Part shown: in pieces, positions 37,691-49,667 of the stretch
Layout of the letters: every line of letters starts with the position of its first letter
How positions within the stretch are numbered: position 1 is the stretch's first letter
Assembly: GCA_002189035.1 (NCBI GenBank)
Contig: CM007990.1
Location: forward strand, 4,278,001-4,342,000
Direction: 5' to 3'
DNA: 64,000 nt
Source: Utricularia gibba
Taxonomy: Eukaryota > Plantae > Magnoliophyta
The notes under the pieces: generated by a model
Database searches by the model: none
Told to the model about the DNA's origin: nothing
Seen by the model: only the letters and a program-made list of their open reading frames with translations
Program-made: the position numbers and the translations under genes

Positions 37691-39013
37691 ATGGCTGCAA
37701 ACACTCAGCATTTCTTCATCAGTATCTCCCTAATGGCTTCTTCCTGTACAAAGTCCCTGTCTCTGGTGTTAACTGCAGTCGCCCTCCTGATCACCCAATC
37801 CTCCGCTTCCTCCCCCATCGCCACCTGGTACGGCGATCCCGAAGGCGCCGGCAGCGTAGGTACGGAAGCATGGACATGCATGCGTTCCAACTCCTCTGCG
37901 TTTGACCGATCACCATCATCCTCTCCATGGTTTTGCAGGCGGGGCTTGCGGGTTCGGAGGGGACGTGGAGAAGCCGCCGTACTACAGCATGGTGACCGCC
38001 GGCGGGAGCTCGTTGTTCCGGGGAGGGAGCGAGTGCGGTGCTTGCTATCAAGTACGTGTGTTGCATACTGTCGGACTTTACTATTTTTTTAATATAATTT
38101 TTGAGGGGCTGTGGTTGTAGGTGAGATGCACGGAGCATCCATCGTGCTCGGGTAAGCCGGTTACCGTGACCATCACCGACTCCTGCCCCGGCTGCGACGG
38201 CGACGTTCACTTCGACTTGAGCGGCAAAGCCTTCGGCGCCTTAGCGAAGCCCGGCCAAGCCGCCGCCCTTCGATCCGCCGGAAGGATCAACGTCCAATTC
38301 CAAAGGTATCATCAAGTTTTAAAATGCAAGTTCCATTTGCATTTTTATATTAATTTTTAATAGCAAAAAATAATTTTTGGATCCTGTTTTTCATTATGTT
38401 TTTATCAAAAATAATTTTACACAGAATACTTCCTATTTTTATTTCTATTTTTTCTAAAAAAAATTTAGGATATAGTTAAAAATGAACCAAACTAGAAATA
38501 AAAAAAATAACTAATTCTATTTTTTGTTATCAAATTTCTATTTTTACTTTTTCAAAAAATTTCTACTTCTATTTTTTATTTTTTAAAAGTAAAAATAATA
38601 TTCAAAAATTTTCAGATAACAAATTAATATTGAAAACTTATTTTTTGTTTCTATAATAATTTTAAACATATTTATGAATAAATGGACAGGGTAGCGTGCC
38701 ATTACAACCACGTGGGCCTGGCGTTCAAGGTGGATCCAGGATCCAACCCCAACTATCTTGCCTTTTCGATCGAGAACATCAACGGCGACGGCGACCTCGG
38801 CCGCGTGGAGGTGCTGCCGTCGGGGTGGTCGTCGTGGGCGCCCATGCAGCGCTCCTGGGCCTCACATGGGACGCCCAGCTCCCCACCGGAACCAAAGGCC
38901 CCTTCTCCGTACGAGTGACGACCCTGGAGTCCCGGCGATCGGTGGTGGCGTGGAGCGTCATCCCCTACAACTGGGCTCCCGGCCGGACATACTACTCCGG
39001 CGTAAACTTTTAA
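37691..39013 (+). CDS. Beta-expansin (EXPB), 4 exons
   Basis: Signal peptide, [24 protein letters not shown]|[20 protein letters not shown] and GSNPNYLAF. Probable 1-nt deletion in the G3 run at 38857-38859. Confidence 0.9.
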
Positions 39014-40229
39014 CGAGGAAACAGGAAGAGGATACACAGATGCGTTACCATTTCATAATAACAATAAAAACATTTTAATAACAAGATGAATCCCTTTTTC
39101 TTGATCTACACTATTTTGAATCTATCATGCACGTATTATACTGTTTTATATAAATTTATGTATTCTATACACGGATTCAAAGATACATAATATTGATGTA
39201 TGTACATGTATCTAATAATTTTTCATTAAAATTTAAAATTATTTTCTTTATTTATTTATAAATTTTCAATATTCAATTTAAGAAAAATGAAAAACAATAG
39301 AAAAATATATATTATTTAATAAACTTATTCAATTCTATAATTATAATTTTATTTATTTTACTAGTGATGGTAGCGATTACTTTTTTTTATTAAGATTAAA
39401 AATATGCTATTCTTTGATGTTAATCTTGATATTTTTTAATATTATATTTCTCTTTTAAATATTGATTAATATGATATTTAATTATTTATATTGATTTATT
39501 ATTTCATTATTGATAATAAAATTTAAAATGTATATATATCAAAGTAATTATTTATTGTTATATAATTTTATTTTTTAAAATTTATGTATTTTTAATCAAA
39601 AAATTATTTTAAATATGGATACATCTAAGTTTCATGAATCCCCGTGCTCATGTCCGTGTATCCCCGAATCCATGAACTCACTCACACTTGTGCATCATAT
39701 TTTTTAATCAAATTTATAAATTTTTATTATATATGTTAAAAAATAAAAATAAGCTTGTTATACATCTAGATTTTTTGTTTCATAAAATCAACACACAAAG
39801 ACTCATGTATTCAAATTAAACTTAACCTAACCCTAAATTGAACCGATCATTTTAAACATTGTTCTTGCAATTGATTCAAATTTCTAATTTTTGTGGTTTG
39901 GAATTAGGGTTTCATTTTTTTTTCATTATTTATTTTTTTTTGTGGATAATATGCGTGCATGAATATGATGCTACATATTGTGTAGAAATGCCCTAAGTTC
40001 GACCCATGAGTGGTTACATCAAACCCTAAGTTGGTTGTGTTGTCGGTTGGATCGGTTTTAGGAACCATGATTCCCATTCTTCATATTCCTAAACCCCAAC
40101 AACGTTTAGTCACAGTCACACTCTTAAAGGGAAAAAGAAAGGGACCATCCTTGACCCTGCACCCTCTTCCTGACATCCCAAACCAAGGGACCTCGTCGCA
40201 CCGGTCCCCAAAGTATCACTACATATATT

Positions 40230-40380
40230 GTATTATGTGTGAGAAAATCGATATCAAATGTAACAATTCAATCTCTTTTTATTATATTGTTCACTTCGGA
40301 TATCTAATAATCACGATTTTACGTTATCCTTTTTTGAAAAAAATTAATTTATACAAGATTAAGAAAACTCATCTATTTAA
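40230..40380. repeat. Dispersed repeat fragment, related copy at about 45555-45740
   Basis: AATAATCACG(G)ATTTTA...ATTAAGAAAA...TCTATTTA is shared in direct orientation. GATATCAAATGTAACAAT recurs inverted as ATTGCAACATTTGATATC. Confidence 0.5.
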
Positions 40381-40938
40381 TTAGGTTTCATTCTCAATCC
40401 ATAACCAATGATTAGTTTTGTAAGGATGTGTTTGCACAAGTGGTTTTATTGTCACATATGAACAATTTATGTTTCAAAAAAAAAAAAAAAACTTAGAAAT
40501 AGTTAGACTCTTCTTGAAACATATTTTTTAGAAGTAATTTTATTACCAAATATAAATTATCTTTATAAATTTTTTTAAAAAAACCTCTTGTTTTTAAAAC
40601 TGGTAGAGACTCGAATTCTATAATTTATTATAAAAAAATTTCAAAATATGAATTTGGATAAACATAACAAATGAAATATTATATTTTATTAGGATGTGTA
40701 ATAATCCATGGTTTATTAATGAGGTGATTTCAAATAATGAGTTAGTATATCTATTATTTTGAAGGCAATAATATGTTTTAAAATTTTTGGGGTTAGATAA
40801 TGTTTTTATTACTCCATTTATTACCCACGACTCCATAATGATGATGCATGCAACTGCAGAGTGCAGTGCACCCCCACCATCTATAAGTTCAAAGGAACCC
40901 CTCAGAGCTTTTCACAGTCGGGAAGAAGACAGAGGCCC

Positions 40939-41514
40939 ATGATGATTCCTTCTCCCTTCCTTCTCCTCCAGATTGCTGCTCTCCTCTTCTCCGCCTCCCT
41001 GGCGGCGGGGGCTCTGCCGCCGGCTGAGGCCCCCAAGCCCAGCCTGCCCCTCCGGAGGTTCGTCGGCGTGCAGGGCGTGGTCTACTGCAAATCGTGCAAG
41101 TACATCGGCGTCGACACCCTCCTCGGCGCATCTCCGATCGACGGTCAGTTTTTAGATATCAGAGTTCCTTTCTGGGATAGAGAATGATAGTATGGTTTTT
41201 CAGGGGCGGTTGTGAAGCTGGAGTGCAACAACACGAAGAAGACGCTGGTGGAAGTTGCCAAGACTGATAAGAACGGCTTCTTCCTGTTTAACCCACGCGC
41301 TCTGACCACCGACGGGGCGCACAAGTGCAAGGTGTTTCTGGTTTCAAGCAACAGCTCCAGCTGCAGCCTTCCGAGCAATATAAACGGCGGAGTCTCCGGC
41401 GCGGCGCTGCTGCCGTCGACGTCGGAAAAGGAACGCACCGCCCAGCTCCCTTTCGCTCTCTTCGCCGTCGGACCCTTTGCGTTTGAGCCGAAGAAGGATC
41501 AGCCTTGCAAGTAG
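40939..41514 (+). CDS. Pollen Ole e 1 allergen/extensin family secreted protein, 2 exons
   Basis: Signal peptide, VGVQGVVYCKSCKY, GAVVKLECNNTKK, TDKNGFF, CKVFLVSS and VGPFAFEP; intron 41144-41203. Confidence 0.9.
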
Positions 41515-44403
41515 AGTAGCTTCCTAGTTTCGAAGTGTACGGTATCATGTCCGTTGTTGTTAAGTTAGTTCATCGTCAGTGTAATGCAGTTTGAGGTTGC
41601 CATAACGCTTAGTGTAATGCAGTTTAGGGAAGCCATTGAACAACTTCAAAAAAAAAAAAAAAATTATGTCATAAAAATTAAAATAAACTATAGATGTCAT
41701 ATTATGTCTTACTTTACGTTATTTGGAATGGAATGAATGATAAACGTTTGAAACAAGTTAAATTCTCATAATAAACTACTTTATTTATATGGTTCTGATA
41801 TCAAATATAATATGAAAAATTATATATTATAAGTAGTATTAAAACTTTATAATGATAATTAAATATATCTACTATTTTATTTTTAAAAATTAAAAAAAAA
41901 CGTGTTTAATGATCAAAAAGAGTTGATAAATATAGAAAAATGCACGTGCAACGTAAGATTGATTTTTTTAAAAAATAAAAATAAAAATAAAAATAATTCT
42001 TTGAAAATTTAATTGTAAAATTCACGTGCCATTCTGATTAAATTAGTCCTTATTAAAATATAATAGTAGTTTAATTTAATAAATGATATATTTTAATTAT
42101 TTGTGTTAATAGAAGCATAATTGAAATTTGAATGTATACTTGTAAGTATTATGAATGCATCTTTAAAATAATATTATATTTTATTATATATGTTTCTAAA
42201 ATGTGAAAAAAATAAATCAGAAGTAATTTGTGATTGACAAAATTGGTTCGCATTCAATTGGACCCAAAAGATGATTGGGAAATCATTTAATATATTTATT
42301 TGCGTTTAAATGCAATAAATATTCGCATAGTACGATACGATATTTAATACCTTGATAATTGATTGCATTTTAAAACTTTATATTATACACGAAATAATGA
42401 CAAGACTTGTGCGTTTGGCATGGAAAAAGTCCACGGGCACGCGTACTATCCAAAGGTAGTTAACGCTCATCATCCATTAATTGGCGACTGGTCCATGATT
42501 CATTTTCCTACTCTTATTCTTCCTTTAATATAATTTCACGATAATTGTTTTCAAAAAATTTTGAATTTAAGGTTTTTCAACTTATTAAAAATAAAAAATG
42601 ATTCTAAATTGTGAAAAGTTCAAAATAGAAGTCGCTCGTATTTGATAACAAAATTGAATTTAGATTTCCAATTTCATCCATCTCCAAAATGATCGATACT
42701 CGTTTATTCTGCTTGGTTAGATTATATGGAGATGTTAGTAGTCCCTTTTATATGGTTTTAGTAAAGTTTTGATTTTAATAAAAAAAATTAATGATCATTA
42801 TTATAAAAATTTTATTTAATGTTAAATCAAAGATTAGATTTTGTTAAATTTTTAATAAAATCATGCTTTTATAACTTGAACATTAAGTATACTAGCTACC
42901 AAATATTCCAATATAAATAGGTAACGGAAGATGGGCTGGCCCAACTACAACCACCATATTGTGAGCCCAAAAACAAGTTGAATTGCATGATCGAAACAAG
43001 GAACATTCAATGATAAGGTTGAATGTCTAAGTGAGAGAATGTAAGATTTGAAATCTTGCTATGGTACCTCATATTAGTTAAAAATGAATAAAATGATGTA
43101 TTTTAATAGATAGATTATGTTAATATTATATGATATTTTTTTAAAAAAAATAATATAAAACTGTGAAGATTGTATATATGAAGCGAATAATATTATATTG
43201 TTAATGTAAAATTTAAATAACACTCCTTTATAATTCTTCTACAAAAGTGTCTATCGTGTTAATTTAAATCATTAAATACATTGATTTATCGTGTAAGAAG
43301 GTAGCATTTGTGTGTATTACACGCTCTTTATCTCTAGTATATTGATTGGGTCATCCATCGACAAGAAAACAACATGACATTTGTTTTCCTATTACAAGGA
43401 GGTATGCAACAAAATGTTCAAAGTAGTGGACGCAATAATGAGATGATGGGGGTGATAGATAATCTAGTGGTGGAGACAAAAGCATAACATTGATGATGAG
43501 ACATTTGAAGTCAATGCCCTAAATCGCTACCTCTTTGACCATTACATGCATCTGCACGCTTTGCTTCCCCTACTCTCCCTTTTTGCGCGTTAATCACACT
43601 TTTTTATGTTACAAATTTTTCTTTGAATGGGTAAGAATCATTTTTAAAATGGATTATTCATACCATGCATTTAAATTTAACACTTTTTATAATGTTTTGA
43701 AGCAAGGGAAATAATATTCAAGATATTTCTAATTGGGTACAAAAGAGGGGTATTCCTTTAGGTTTTAATTATGGGTTTGAAAGGTATTTCTATGCTTATC
43801 CTTTTCTAGGGTTTGATCTATGCACATTTATGGGTCATAGATGATAGGAAAGAAAAAGGATTGGTGGAGGGTTGGGATTTCTAATTAGAAGATTTGTGAA
43901 ATCTCATTTGACTCTTAGGTAAAATGTAAATATTTAATGTTGCAATCAATGATTTCCATATATGATAATATATTGAAGTATTTAATTCTTACAATTTTAT
44001 ATTTTTGAATTAATATTTTTACAAATACTTGTATCCTAAAATTGATTCAATCCTATTTTTTGGATTGGGTGGGACTACATTTGGTTTCCTTGTTTGTAAT
44101 GACAATGTGAATTTCTAGTGTATCATATTTATACTGCAAGAAAAATGTATGGCATCCTAAGTCCTAAATGGATTCTGATTTTTGAGGAATGGGAATAAAG
44201 TAGTGATGATGAGGAGTTTGACTCAACCCATAGGGCGTGAGAACACTCGCTCAGATTCGCGCGTGGGCCATCAAGCATGACTTCCCTTTCCTTCAATTAG
44301 ACAGACGTCTCGCAAACTCTAGGCTTCCTGTGCTGAACACAACACTCATTCTTCTTCTTCTTCGTTCGTCTGATTCAGGATTTCTGAGGTTGCATCGGCA
44401 TCC

Positions 44404-44931
44404 ATGGCGGAAAATCCATCTTCCCCAACTCCAAGAGCGGACCCAAATAGCCCCTACCCAACCACCTTCGTCCACGCGGACACCTCTTCCTTCAAGCGCG
44501 TCGTTCAAATGCTAACCGGCTCTGCCGACACCGCCCGTGTCGCCTCCACCGCGGCTCGGGCTAAAACCCCGTCTTCCCCCTACAGAAAGGAGAAGCCCAG
44601 CAACACTTCCAGGCTCTACGAGAGAAGAATCAGCAGCAACTTCAGTATCAGCCCGTTGGCAGCATCTGGGCCGCCGCCCCCTGCCCAAATCCAATCCACT
44701 CCGGCAGCGATTCTCTCGCCGAGCCTCCTGGATTTCCCGGCGCTGGTTCTCAGCCCGGTGACGCCGTTGAACCCGGATCCGTTCAACCGAAACGACGTCA
44801 TCGTGGCGGAGGAGAAAGCCATTCAAGAAAAGCGGTTCTATCTCCACCCCTCCCCAGCAAACACTCCACGTGAGTCGGAGCCCCGGCTGCTGCCGCTCTT
44901 CCCACTGTCGTCCCCCCGTGGGAGCTCTTGA
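44404..44931 (+). CDS. VQ motif-containing protein (VQ4/MVQ1-like)
   Basis: TTFVHADTSSFKRVVQMLTG; LSPSLLDFPALVLSPVTPL; HPSPANTPRESEPRLLPLFPLSSP. Confidence 0.93.
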   Translation: MAENPSSPTPRADPNSPYPTTFVHADTSSFKRVVQMLTGSADTARVASTAARAKTPSSPYRKEKPSNTSRLYERRISSNFSISPLAASGPPPPAQIQSTPAAILSPSLLDFPALVLSPVTPLNPDPFNRNDVIVAEEKAIQEKRFYLHPSPANTPRESEPRLLPLFPLSSPRGSS

Positions 44932-46304
44932 GATTGCTATTATTTTTTCGTTGTATTGTGGAAATTGGGAGTGGAAGGAGGTGGTGAGAGATGAATGATT
45001 CTTGTCCCTGATTGGCTGTTGACTGGTGCGAGTCACGGGAGAGACCACTCCCACTCCCATTCCCAGTCCCAACAGGAAGACAGACAGAGAGACAAAAGCG
45101 AAGAAGAAGCATTGCTGGCTGTCCAACTCCAACAAGCGACATTGCTTTCCAATAAACCACTTTCATCTTTATGCATTCTCCTCCTCTGTTCTGGTTTCTG
45201 ATAGTCACGAATAAACATAACCAAACACACAGTCACGAACGGAGGTGCTGCGTGGGCAGATACCACCAGTACACGCTGTGGAAGTAGTGGAGCATCAAAG
45301 TGAGAGCTTTTTCGTGAATGGAGACGGGGAGGAATCCTCTTTACTCCTCCTTTTTGGTGCGGGGAGCCACCTTTTTCAGGACGCATCCTCAACAAAGACG
45401 AACGGAGAGGATTCTCCATCGTCACACTCCAGCACGCAGCACCTCAGTCCCGACCTCCACATCCATCGTTCCCCACAAAACAAAACGTAAACCCGAGTAC
45501 GATGATGAAACAGCTTATGCTCCCACACTCAACCATAATATTGTCACTTTGATAACTCAATAATCACGGATTTTATGTTTTATCTTTTGGATAAAATATC
45601 TTCTACAAAATTAAGAAAAATCTATTTATGTAAACATGCATTTTTCACCATCTATAATCAATGTGGTATATATCAATCTTTGATCAGATAATATCATAAA
45701 TAAATAATATAGATTGCAACATTTGATATCACAATCAAAACCGGATATATGATAATATCGTAATAAGAAGAACAATATCGTATAAGGATAGAATGAATGC
45801 TGATATTTCATTGAAATTATATTTCCGTTAAAATTGGTTTTTGTTTATTAAAAAATATTTTTATAATTAAAATATCTTAATCTTATTAAAAATTAAAAAT
45901 TCTTTTAAAGTTTTGAAAAATCAACAAACTAGTCTTTTTCTAAAAATAAAATTAATCTAAATAGAACCTTAAACTAGCCTTTGGTTGAAATTGATATTAA
46001 TTTTTTGAATTTTACAAAAATTGAATCGAAAATTTTGAAAAATATGATTAGAAATATTATGTAATTAATTTATAATTAAATGTGTATGAAAAATCCATTT
46101 TCCGGCATTTCGTATTTATTGTTTATTTTCTAGAGTCCGAAAGTCTCTGAACGTCTATTTATTTATTATTTTGTTTTGTTTTGGTGGGCCCGACGGCTCT
46201 GAACGGGAGGTCCCGAAACAGAAAGCCCATTTCTATCATCTGATCGGAAGACAAAATGCCGGTGGCCGAGTCGCTACATTGTCGATGATGCCTCCTGACG
46301 GCGC

Positions 46305-48420
46305 CTAGAGCACTCTCCGATGGAATGTCCCTCTTGAGCCGCCTCTCATCATCGCCGATGCTGTTGCTGCGACCGACAACCCACTTCTTCTTGCAGTTGC
46401 TGCTGCATCACTTGAGGATGAAGCCTTCTTGCTGCTGGTGCCTGAGAACACACTGCCCTTGGTGTTTCTCGCGGATATGGGGAGGGAACGACACTGCTTC
46501 CGGCTATGACTACGTTGGAGGTCAGGACAGTCACGATCAAGATTTGTCTTGGGCTAGAAACAGCAAGTTTCGCGGGTAGTGCCTGGTGGAGTCGAGCGAC
46601 GGTGATGGCCGGATTCTGACGATCAGGGACTGATGAGGTTGCAGGAACCTTCTGCAAAAGATCCAAAAGAAACATCACTTTCGGGGCGAACCTAATACCA
46701 AAGAAGCAGCAAAGAATTTGTCTTCAGGCCTCCCCACGACAAAGAGTTCAAATGGGATTCATCAATTTTGTAACTTGATTTTCTTGAGTGAATCCCCAAC
46801 AAAGTCAGCAACCGGTGATTGAAAGCTTCGCAGGGGGCTCACATTAAAGAAATCCAGCGGCAAACTGTACAAATAATAAAGAAGAAAGGTACAGATTTGA
46901 ATCCTGTGAAGGAACGTCAAATGTGATGCTCCCCCTGTCCTTCTCCTGTTCTGTGTGAACGAGAGCTGTAGTCAAATTTGGGACCGCCATTTGATCAGAC
47001 ACATCTACACAGAAACAACCCATGTCAATCAGTAAGCAGACCCTTAACTCAGTCATATTTTTTTATAGTTCATAAGCTCTCAGATTTACAGAAGCCTACT
47101 TCTTCAATTACCCTCTACCTGTTTTAATAATCTCCACATGATCCCTAAAGGAGTTATCTGGTATACCAAGAATGAGAAGCAGTGTTGCCTTGGAGGAGAA
47201 CTATGTGGTAACGTATGTGGTGGCATTCCACTGAAAGCAACGCCTATATGGGACCAGCACCACAACCTCTGCAGGGGACTCCAAACCTGGTTGAAAACCA
47301 GGCCGGTGTAGATTAAAAGCATCAGGAGCCATGGACATCTAATTCTCGCCATTGCATCTCTGCAGCTGCATAGACATAAGCATCACAAACCATGCAACCA
47401 TATCACAGTAAAAAAACTGCAGCCTCAGTTTCATTGTGGCACATGCAAGATGTGAATCTATGATACTATAGATCGGTCTTTTGGATGATTTTCCTATTCA
47501 CGCGCAAAGATGCCACACCACCAACTTAGAAGATTGAAATCACAGATTTGAGTAATATTTTGGAGATATAACTTAAATGTTTCATGTTGGAATCACGCTG
47601 ACAAAAAGACTACTAAAATATCATGGCTTGCTTGCATTTGAGGATCTAAAATGTTTGTGAGAAGACTACCAAGGGGAACTTCTTGTTGGCAGCACAGCAG
47701 ACAGAAACTTTTTCAGTTTATCAAGCTTTGTCTAACAGAAGAAATTTCGCACTCGAACAAGAATATTAGAGGATTACTGTACCACCAGGAGGGGCAGGGA
47801 GTTTCTTCTTTCTTCCTGGACAGTTGTATCTCAAAAATTCAGTCTTCCCATCAATTCACTGCCATAAAAAGTGCCATTAACTGAAGCAGGGATATTAAAA
47901 TTACCCCTACTGCCAAAAACCCACTGACTGATGGCCCATCTGCGGTCTTGTTTACCCCATAGCACCAATGGTCACCGAGTGAGCCTCAGTCTTCTGAGAT
48001 GCCCCATGTTCTTCAATCCCCTCAGCAGCAGCAGACTGTGTAGGGGATGTAATATTGGATTGTGGGTTGCGTCGTTCCGTGTCAATTTCAAAATGAAACC
48101 ACAATGACACCATCATTACCCAGAAAGGATGTAACAGTGATCAGAGAGAATGATGGAAAAGGAGAATCCCTTCATGGATAGTATAGTCCAATGTTGCACA
48201 TACCTTGTACAAGAAATGCACTCCCACCATTTTCTTCACTGTTGTTCTTGGACTCCAAAATTCTGTCAATTGTATCCAAGTGTCTTCTTGGGTAGTAGGT
48301 ATGCAGTAAAAGCTCAGGACATACTTTATATGTCTGTAGACTTGCGTTTCTCACAGAAGCTAGTAAACAACACTTGCCTGTCAAAAAAGGCATCTTTTAG
48401 TACAGAATGGGCAGTGGTGG
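46305..48420 (-). other. Unidentified multi-exon coding-like locus, possibly disabled
   Basis: GC-richer blocks alternate with U-rich intron-like segments bounded by GT/AG on the minus strand. Candidate exons read FWSPRTTVKKMVGVHFLYK, EMQWRELDV..PDAFNLHRPGFQPGLESPAEVVVLVPYRRCFQWNATTY and ALVHTEQEKDRGSITFD. A clean splice path could not be built. Confidence 0.4.
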
Positions 48421-48424
48421 GTAA

Positions 48425-48736
48425 TCACAAATAGTCTCTGAGTCTGCAGCAAACGGAGTAGCGAAAACGACCACCTCGGTGGCTATGGGAGCCTCCCTGG
48501 TGGCCCATTCCAGCCTGGCACTGGCTGCAACGGTAATAGGCCTCGTCATCGCCACGCCGCTCTTCGTGATCTTCAGCCCGGTGCTGCTGCCCGCTGCCGT
48601 ATCTGTTTTTCCGATTCTCGCCGGATTTCTAGCGTCTGGTGGATTTGCAGCGGTGCTGACCTTCGCATTCTATTGGATGTATCGATCAGGGGAAACGGAT
48701 CGGGATCGACCGGCTCAACGACAGATTAATGGGTAA
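48425..48736 (+). pseudogene. Oleosin fragment, N-terminally truncated
   Basis: Proline knot PLFVIFSPVLLP and GFLASGGF...WMYR. Oleosin similarity (GVAKTTTSVAMGASL) extends upstream of the first ATG (48485) to a stop at 48422 with no start codon. Confidence 0.65.
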
Positions 48737-48810
48737 AGAGGCTAAGAACATCTTTATTCATTTACGAAAATGATGACGTGGCTTATGTTATTAGTAACTT
48801 AGTTTCATCA

Positions 48811-49331
48811 TTATAGGGGATAAATCGGTAAGGTTAACCGATTACTAAAAGTCTGTCAAAAGGGGAATATGAAGGGATAATGCCAGTCGACTGACCGATA
48901 TCTGTTAGAAATCTGACAGGCATGACCATATGACACAATTTTGAAAGCGGCCGAATTATGGTATAACAGGCGACCGATATCTAAAAAACGAGATCGTATA
49001 GCAGTTACAGAAAGCAACCGATATTTGCAAATGTCAAGGTTCAATCAGATTGAGCCCTCTTATAAATAGAATTAATTATGACAAACATTAGGGGGATTCA
49101 AAAAAAAACTTGTATTCTCTTCTTCGTTACCTCCATCGAGTGAAAACTTTTTTCGGCAAGCTTCAATAGCTCCGTGATTTTTCCGCTTTTCGATGGTTTT
49201 CACGTAAAAATCTTTGCCCATTTTTACTTCAATTGAACTAATTGTAAACAAACGCGACTAAGTGCGATATCCCCGACCGTACCTATCACCTTAAATCGGG
49301 CTCCCACCGGATACCGATTTTACCCATAACA
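48811..49331 (+). mobile_element. Probable solo LTR (521 bp)
   Basis: Ends in ...ATAACA. The 20-bp termini are imperfect inverted repeats (15/20). 5-bp flanks CATCA/CGTCA differ by one CpG-type change. Internal TATAAATAG box near 49060. Confidence 0.6.
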
Positions 49332-49667
49332 CGTCAAAATGGTTTACACAACATATAAATTTGATAATAAAAATCATTTTCGGAAAAATAAAAGTGATTT
49401 GAGGAAAAGCATTTCCGGAAATCACTAAATATGACCTAACGGCCACAATGCGGCCGGGCGTTGAGCTGATCGGAATGTGATGCACTGTGTGGCAGGCTTC
49501 GTGTGTCTCGTGTTTGCATGCTATATTTCTGGTTGAATTCATGGTTCCTCTCTGGGTTTCATCTGTATAGTTTTTGAAGAACTGCTGAGAATGGCGTTGG
49601 GGTAAAAAAACAAAAACCATAAAATCTCTGAATCGAATGAAAATCCACCATCTCCAGCCTCCAATCG

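Noticed and set aside
39130-39690. Possible hAT-type MITE with GATAC/GTATCC motifs downstream of the expansin
   Set aside because: Subterminal-like motifs are present but no convincing TIR pair or 8-bp TSD was found.
46844-47350. Resemblance of unknown-locus peptides to DEAD-box motif VI, DHHC or the ROS1/DME C-terminus
   Set aside because: Only a few scattered residues match and they need extra frameshifts; not supportable without a profile search.
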